Assembly (NCBI RefSeq): GCF_006345805.1 | Contig: NC_043016.1 | Coordinates: forward strand, 31,124,001-31,188,000 | Direction: 5' to 3' | Origin: Octopus sinensis | Lineage: Eukaryota | Length of the DNA stretch: 64,000 nucleotides | Part shown: positions 58,790 to 64,000 of the stretch, one piece after another | How positions within the stretch are numbered: the stretch's first letter is position 1 | Layout: the number at the start of each line of letters is the position of its first letter | The notes under the pieces: model-generated | Seen by the model: only the letters and a program-made list of their open reading frames with translations | Databases searched by the model: none | Told to the model about the DNA's origin: nothing | Program-made: the position numbers and the translations under genes

Positions 58790-61214
58790 ATGCAAGGAGA
58801 CAACAACCATTTTGTCCTTAAATGCCCGTAGTTTATGCAACAAGGTACATCTTTTTGACTCTTACGTCAAAAGTATCAACCCAGATTTCATCACAGTCAT
58901 GGAAACATGGGCACATTCTGCACTCTGATAGGGTTTTCAGCATAGCCGGCTACAACCTGTTCCGCAAAGACCGCATTAATCGCCGTGGAGCGGGTGTGAT
59001 GGTTTATGTTCGATCAAATCGGCAATTCCTTGTGATGATTTGAACTAATCTCAACAGGAAGTATTTTTCTGCAATATACACATGACCATGTCAACACTTC
59101 TACTTGGAGTTGTTTACCGCCCCACAAATTATCAAGACACACAACTTTTTGATACCCTCAGAGTTGCTGCCATGAAAACAGCCACTTATGTTTATATTGC
59201 GGTGGAATTCAATTTCCCTGAGATTTACTGGGAGGCGCAAAGTGCAGACGATTTCCTTGAACTGGTGCTGAATTCAAATTGGTCCCAAGTCGTTACCTCC
59301 CCCACAAGGGGCAACAACACTTTGGATCTGCTACTTACCGCTTCTCCTGAAACAATCATTAGTGTCACTACTGAAGAACCTTTAGGTGACTCTGATCATT
59401 CCATGATCATGGCCGACTTGTCTCTGATTGGTTGTAACAAAATCTACAACCATCTTTGACTGGAACTCTTATTGCACCGAGCTGCAACGCCCAAACTGGC
59501 TCGAATTTTATGCCTCTGGAGATATGAACACTATACTTCAGAACATTCTGAATTCAATATGGATAGCATGTGCAGCATCGGTACCACACAAGCACAAAAA
59601 AACACCCAATAGTGCAATTTGGGAGACTGCAGCAGTCCGACTTGACAGGAAAGAATGCTGTAATGCTGAACCGGAATATAAAATGAACAAATCAGAGATC
59701 AACAGGAAAAAGTGCAATAGATCAGCCAACCATCTCAAGCAGTTGACAGAAAAGGCAGTGCTTGAATTCGAACAGTGCATAACAACCAACCCTGACAGCA
59801 AAGTGTTCTGGAAGTATGTACACTCAAAGCAGAGACCTCACTCTCCAGTTGGTCCCCTTCGCCATCCCCACACAGGACAGATTACTGGCAATCCCAAAGA
59901 ATGTACAGAAATCATTGCTGGACGCTATGTAGGCATCTTTACTGTCGAAGATCAAAATGTTCCATCTCCATCACCTCTGAGACTATAACTATAACTATGA
60001 AACTTACACCAGCAATGCTACAACGCCACCTTAAGAATAAACGTAACTATACCTCTCCTGGTCTTGATGGTGTTACATACCTACTTCTCAAACACGGTGG
60101 GTACTTTCTTCTAAACCAACTTTCACTATTCTTTCAACTCTGTCTTGAAAATGGTGTTACTCCTGAGCAGTGGAAAACTGTTCAAAAAAGGTGACTGCAC
60201 ATTGCCTGTCAACTATTGCCCCGTCAGTCTTACTAGCTACATTGCCAAACTGATGAAATTCTGTGTCAGAGAAACCCTCTGGAAGTCTCACTGCCTCATC
60301 CAGCTGTCACAATTTGGATTTATTCCTAACTCCAGCTGCTGTAATCGACTCATTGAGTTTCCTGAGGACATTACCCGAATCACTGATCGCGGTACCTGAG
60401 TGGATGTTGTTTACCTGGACTTTGCTAAGGCTTTTAATTCTGTGCCACACAAAAGACTCTCTGCAATGGGTGTAAGAGATGATCTCTATAACTGGATGAA
60501 GTCCTTCATTATCGGCCGAAAAGAGGTTGTCACAGCTCTAGGACAGCGCTCTTCACCATATGAGATATGACATCTGGTGTACCACAGGGATCTGTTCTTG
60601 GCCCCCTTTTACTTGTTGCATATGTTAATGACATAGATGCCAACTTAAAGAATGCTACAGTGCTGAAATATGCAGATGACATCAAGCTGTACCTCGAAAT
60701 AAAGAGGACAGATCCTGTACACTATAGATCTTTATTGCAATCAGACCTGGACACAATGCAGCAGTGGATCATGGGCTGGCTGTGGACAAATGTACCACCA
60801 TGCATTTTGGGAGGAAAAACCCAGCGTCTACTTACTCTCTCCACAACACTAATCTCAAAAAGTCTTCTTGTGAACGTGACCTGAGCATTATTGTCGACGT
60901 TTACAAAGTCAGAAAATAGCACAGCTCCCATGACTTTCGGAAACATTTTTTCATGCTAAGAGTTGCTGAAGCATGGAACAAACAGCCGGCATCAACTGTT
61001 AGTTGTCAGAGCACTGCATCCTTCAAAACTTCCATGCTTCCTGAGATTTGCTAACACTACACCTGATTTTCTCCCTTCCATACACATGCAAACATGTATC
61101 TGACTCATATACTGTTCACTTTCCAGACATTTGTACATTACTGCATATGCTTTATATGCACTTTTGACAAGTTGTAGTGCACCTGAGCACAGTATACAAT
61201 AATTTAATTATTAT
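58790..61214 (+). pseudogene. CR1/L2-like LINE ORF2 (APE endonuclease + RT) with 3' UTR
   Basis: LNARSL.NK, PDFITV.ETW, YNLFRKDR...GAGVMVYV, GVVYRP, EFNFP, PTRGNNTLDL, SDH, SGVPQGSVLGPLL, YADD; many frameshifts; same family as 17706-20122. Confidence 0.9.
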
Positions 61215-61405
61215 AGTAGCTCGTGAAGGGATATACAGATGAAAGTGCACTCACTAGTGGAGGTGACTAATCAGCTCTGTTGAACAAAGGACACCATAGT
61301 TTTAATAGAAAAAGCAAAGAGAAATAACAGCATGTCTTTGAACCAGAGATCAGAATGTATTGGCAAGCAATTAGATATATTCCTGGATACAATTTAGAAT
61401 ATTTA

Positions 61406-63416
61406 TGCCATGTAAAAACTCTCTTTAAAATGAGGAGATTGTGTATGCTCTGTAGAGGGTTAGGAATTGGTAGTTAGAAGTATTTTCTGATCCTGGAGAG
61501 GAAGGTCAGTCTTTATTGTGTTCAATTGAGAATGGAAGGCACAAAGACTGCATACTAAGGCAAATCTTTCCAATCGGTAAGAAAACAAAACAAATAAAAT
61601 CAGAATTTAAACTTTTATTCATTAGTGCTTAGCAAACATTATCCCCACCCTCATCTCTCATTGTTTGCAGTACATTTTTTTGTTTCAGTTGCAGGTATTA
61701 CTGAGAGTCTAAGAAGTCCACGTTGCAACAAAATGGTTCTCTAGCTTTTTCAGGTTGCAATCCCCTTGGCATCAAAGCCACATTCCTAGTGCCCTCCCAA
61801 CCATCACAATTCAATTTCTGCAGCAGATTCAAAACTGTATTTCATGAATAAAACTTTACCTAATTAATCCATCATTTTGGTGTTTCTTTTTCATCCATCA
61901 TCCCCTTTTGGCCACCCCATTATTGCCCCAATTTTCTCCAACACTTCCCTGCATCATTCTACAGCTCTGAAGGGAGCAGTACCATTGAGAACCATTGGTT
62001 TACAGCTTTATTCCCACTGATTAGCATCCTAGGTTAAGTGTCTTGTTGACAAATGCCATGTGAGTATAATTTGGTAGATTGAAAATCCTCCCAAACTCTG
62101 TTATATACATTTATCTCTTTCTATGCTGGAGTTCATTTAATGTCCATGCTCCATCCTGGTATGGGTTGCATGGTTTGACAAGATTTGATGTAACCAAGAA
62201 TTGCTCCAATGTTTGTTTTGATGTTTCTACAGCTCGATGCACTTCTTCACACTAAATGAAGTCAATGGGGAAGAGTATAGTTGACTAAACAGATATCAAT
62301 GCTTGGAAGATAATTTGTTGGTCTAAACCCTTTCGTTACCATATTTCTGTTGAGATGCTCTGTGTTTCTTTCAATTACTTTAAATATAAGAAAGAATTTA
62401 GTAAAATAACTTAGTTATCATTAAGCTAGTGTTAGGAACATAAATTGTGACTAAGGTTTGGTGGAAGATTTTAATTCAAAACTTACAAAAACTAGACATT
62501 TGTACCACAGAGCCAGGGACGGTTTCAGCCGGGTTGGTATCAAAAGGGTTAAACTCCTTTAGCATCAAGGTTGCTCTGTCAAATGTAATGCTTATTTATT
62601 GTTTTCAATTAATCTCATAGCTTTGTGATTGTTTATTTTTAGAATGACATTAGAGGGTAAGTGTATGAGGCCAGATTGAACATAAAACAGGTAGAATATT
62701 TGTCAGACATGGTTCAAATCCTAAAGGGACACACACACATACATATTCCTTTCAATCAGATCACTATCAACTATAATGCTTAGTTGTTTTGAATTAATCA
62801 AGCATAATCTCATAGCTTTGAAATTTCAAGGACATGTTTATTTTTAGAATGAGAGGCTGGATCTAGCCGGTTTGAATATAAAATAGAATATTGGACTGGA
62901 TATGGCCAGTTTAAATGCAAAGGATAGTTATCCAAGGAATATTTGACTGACTGTTTATTGTCAATCTATACAGAAAGCAGTAATTCAAAAAAAATTTTTG
63001 ATTTAAAACTTTTTTCCCAATAGGATAACTCCTTGTATAGCAAACATCCAGATTTTCCTAAAAGTCATATTTCCAAACAGTAACATCATTTCGCAATCAG
63101 GAGTTAAATGCATGACAATTTATCATTGGCCATCATATCGACATGTCCCTGAACTAAATGCATCCTATGATAATATATAGGTCCTAAACTATGAAAATGA
63201 GGGAGGGAATTTTGTAAATTCTGATTTTATTTGTTTTGTTTTCTTACCGATTGGAAAGATTTGCCTTAGTATGCAGTCTTTGTGCCTTCCATTCTCAGTT
63301 AAACACAATAAAGACTGACCTTCCTCTCCAGGATCAGAAAATACTTCTAACCACCAATTCCTAACCCTCTACAGAGCATACACAATCTCCTCATTTTAGA
63401 GAGTTTTTACATGGCA
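61406..63416. repeat. ~203-bp inverted repeat pair enclosing ~1.6 kb
   Basis: 61406-61609 is a near-identical reverse complement of 63215-63416. Confidence 0.85.
62324..62552 (+). mobile_element. piggyBac-like MITE
   Basis: CCCTTTCGTTACC...GGTATCAAAAGGG-TTAA; homolog of 8045-8264. Confidence 0.75.
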
Positions 63417-63432
63417 CAAACTTTAACGTTTG

Positions 63433-63870
63433 AAGGAGTAAATGCCCTTGACTGATCTAGGCAAAAATTTGGCATTTTTCTAACAATATACAGCAAGATT
63501 TTAGGCTTCAGGCATTTTCAATTTCCACAATTTTTAAATTTGCACTCCACAATCTATATACCTGGACACACATGTTAGGGTGGAGTGAAAATAAAAAATA
63601 AAAATTGAAAATTTCCAAGGCTTAAAATCTTGCTATATATCGTTACAAGAAAAATGCCAAATTTTCACTTACATCAGCATTTATCCCCTCAAAACCCAAA
63701 CCCCACAATTGTAAATTTTTTTACAAAAGTCCCATTTTGAGTTTAGGGGGCTTGAGGGAGTAAATGCTCTCGATTGATCTCACTGAAAATAAAGCATTTT
63801 CTAGTAATCAAATACAGCAAGATTCTAGCTTTCAGGAATCTCCACAATTTTTTTCACTCCACCCTAGTGC
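63433..63870. repeat. Three diverged ~125-bp units in +/-/+ orientation
   Basis: GGAGTAAATGC...CAGCAAGATT.TAG..TTCAGG...CACTCCAC at ~63433 and ~63755, with an inverted copy at ~63573-63700. Confidence 0.6.
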
Positions 63871-64000
63871 CTATCATTGAGATTGCATATAAATGGATGA
63901 TGTTTGGTATAACAGGGATAGGAAGGGACGATTTGGATAATTGCTCCATTTCTTGTTGATGGAATGAAAATCTGAAACATTGCCAATATACGGCTGCCAT

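Overview
AT-rich, microsatellite-rich eukaryotic DNA, mostly transposon-derived. The SINE/RTE repertoire suggests an octopus (coleoid cephalopod); this is an inference. Host-gene content is sparse: one well-supported terminal coding exon on + (3555-3893), a CpG-rich promoter near 42 kb, and two weak minus-strand exon candidates. Mobile elements include a tiny gypsy LTR element with a gag-integrase deletion fusion, several mariner/Tc1 copies (one full length), a hAT, two CR1/L2-like LINEs, several RTE LINEs, four SINE families and several MITE-like foldbacks. The most interesting block is 33.4-41.3 kb. A 544-bp tandem array folded back on itself carries one hammerhead-ribozyme-like motif per unit (retrozyme-like). 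It sits tail-to-tail, in one (TA)n tract, with a near-complete Neptune-type Penelope-like element (PLE). That PLE has an extra upstream ORF joined to the RT by an in-phase U_UUU_UUA -1 slippery site, a 3' CRE/CCAAT/TATA promoter array, and a variant hammerhead-like motif in its terminal repeats. A tRNA-headed SINE elsewhere also carries a PLE-type hammerhead-like tail. All calls were made by eye with no database searches or folding runs. Boundaries of decayed elements are approximate, and there is a 100-N gap at 42645-42744.
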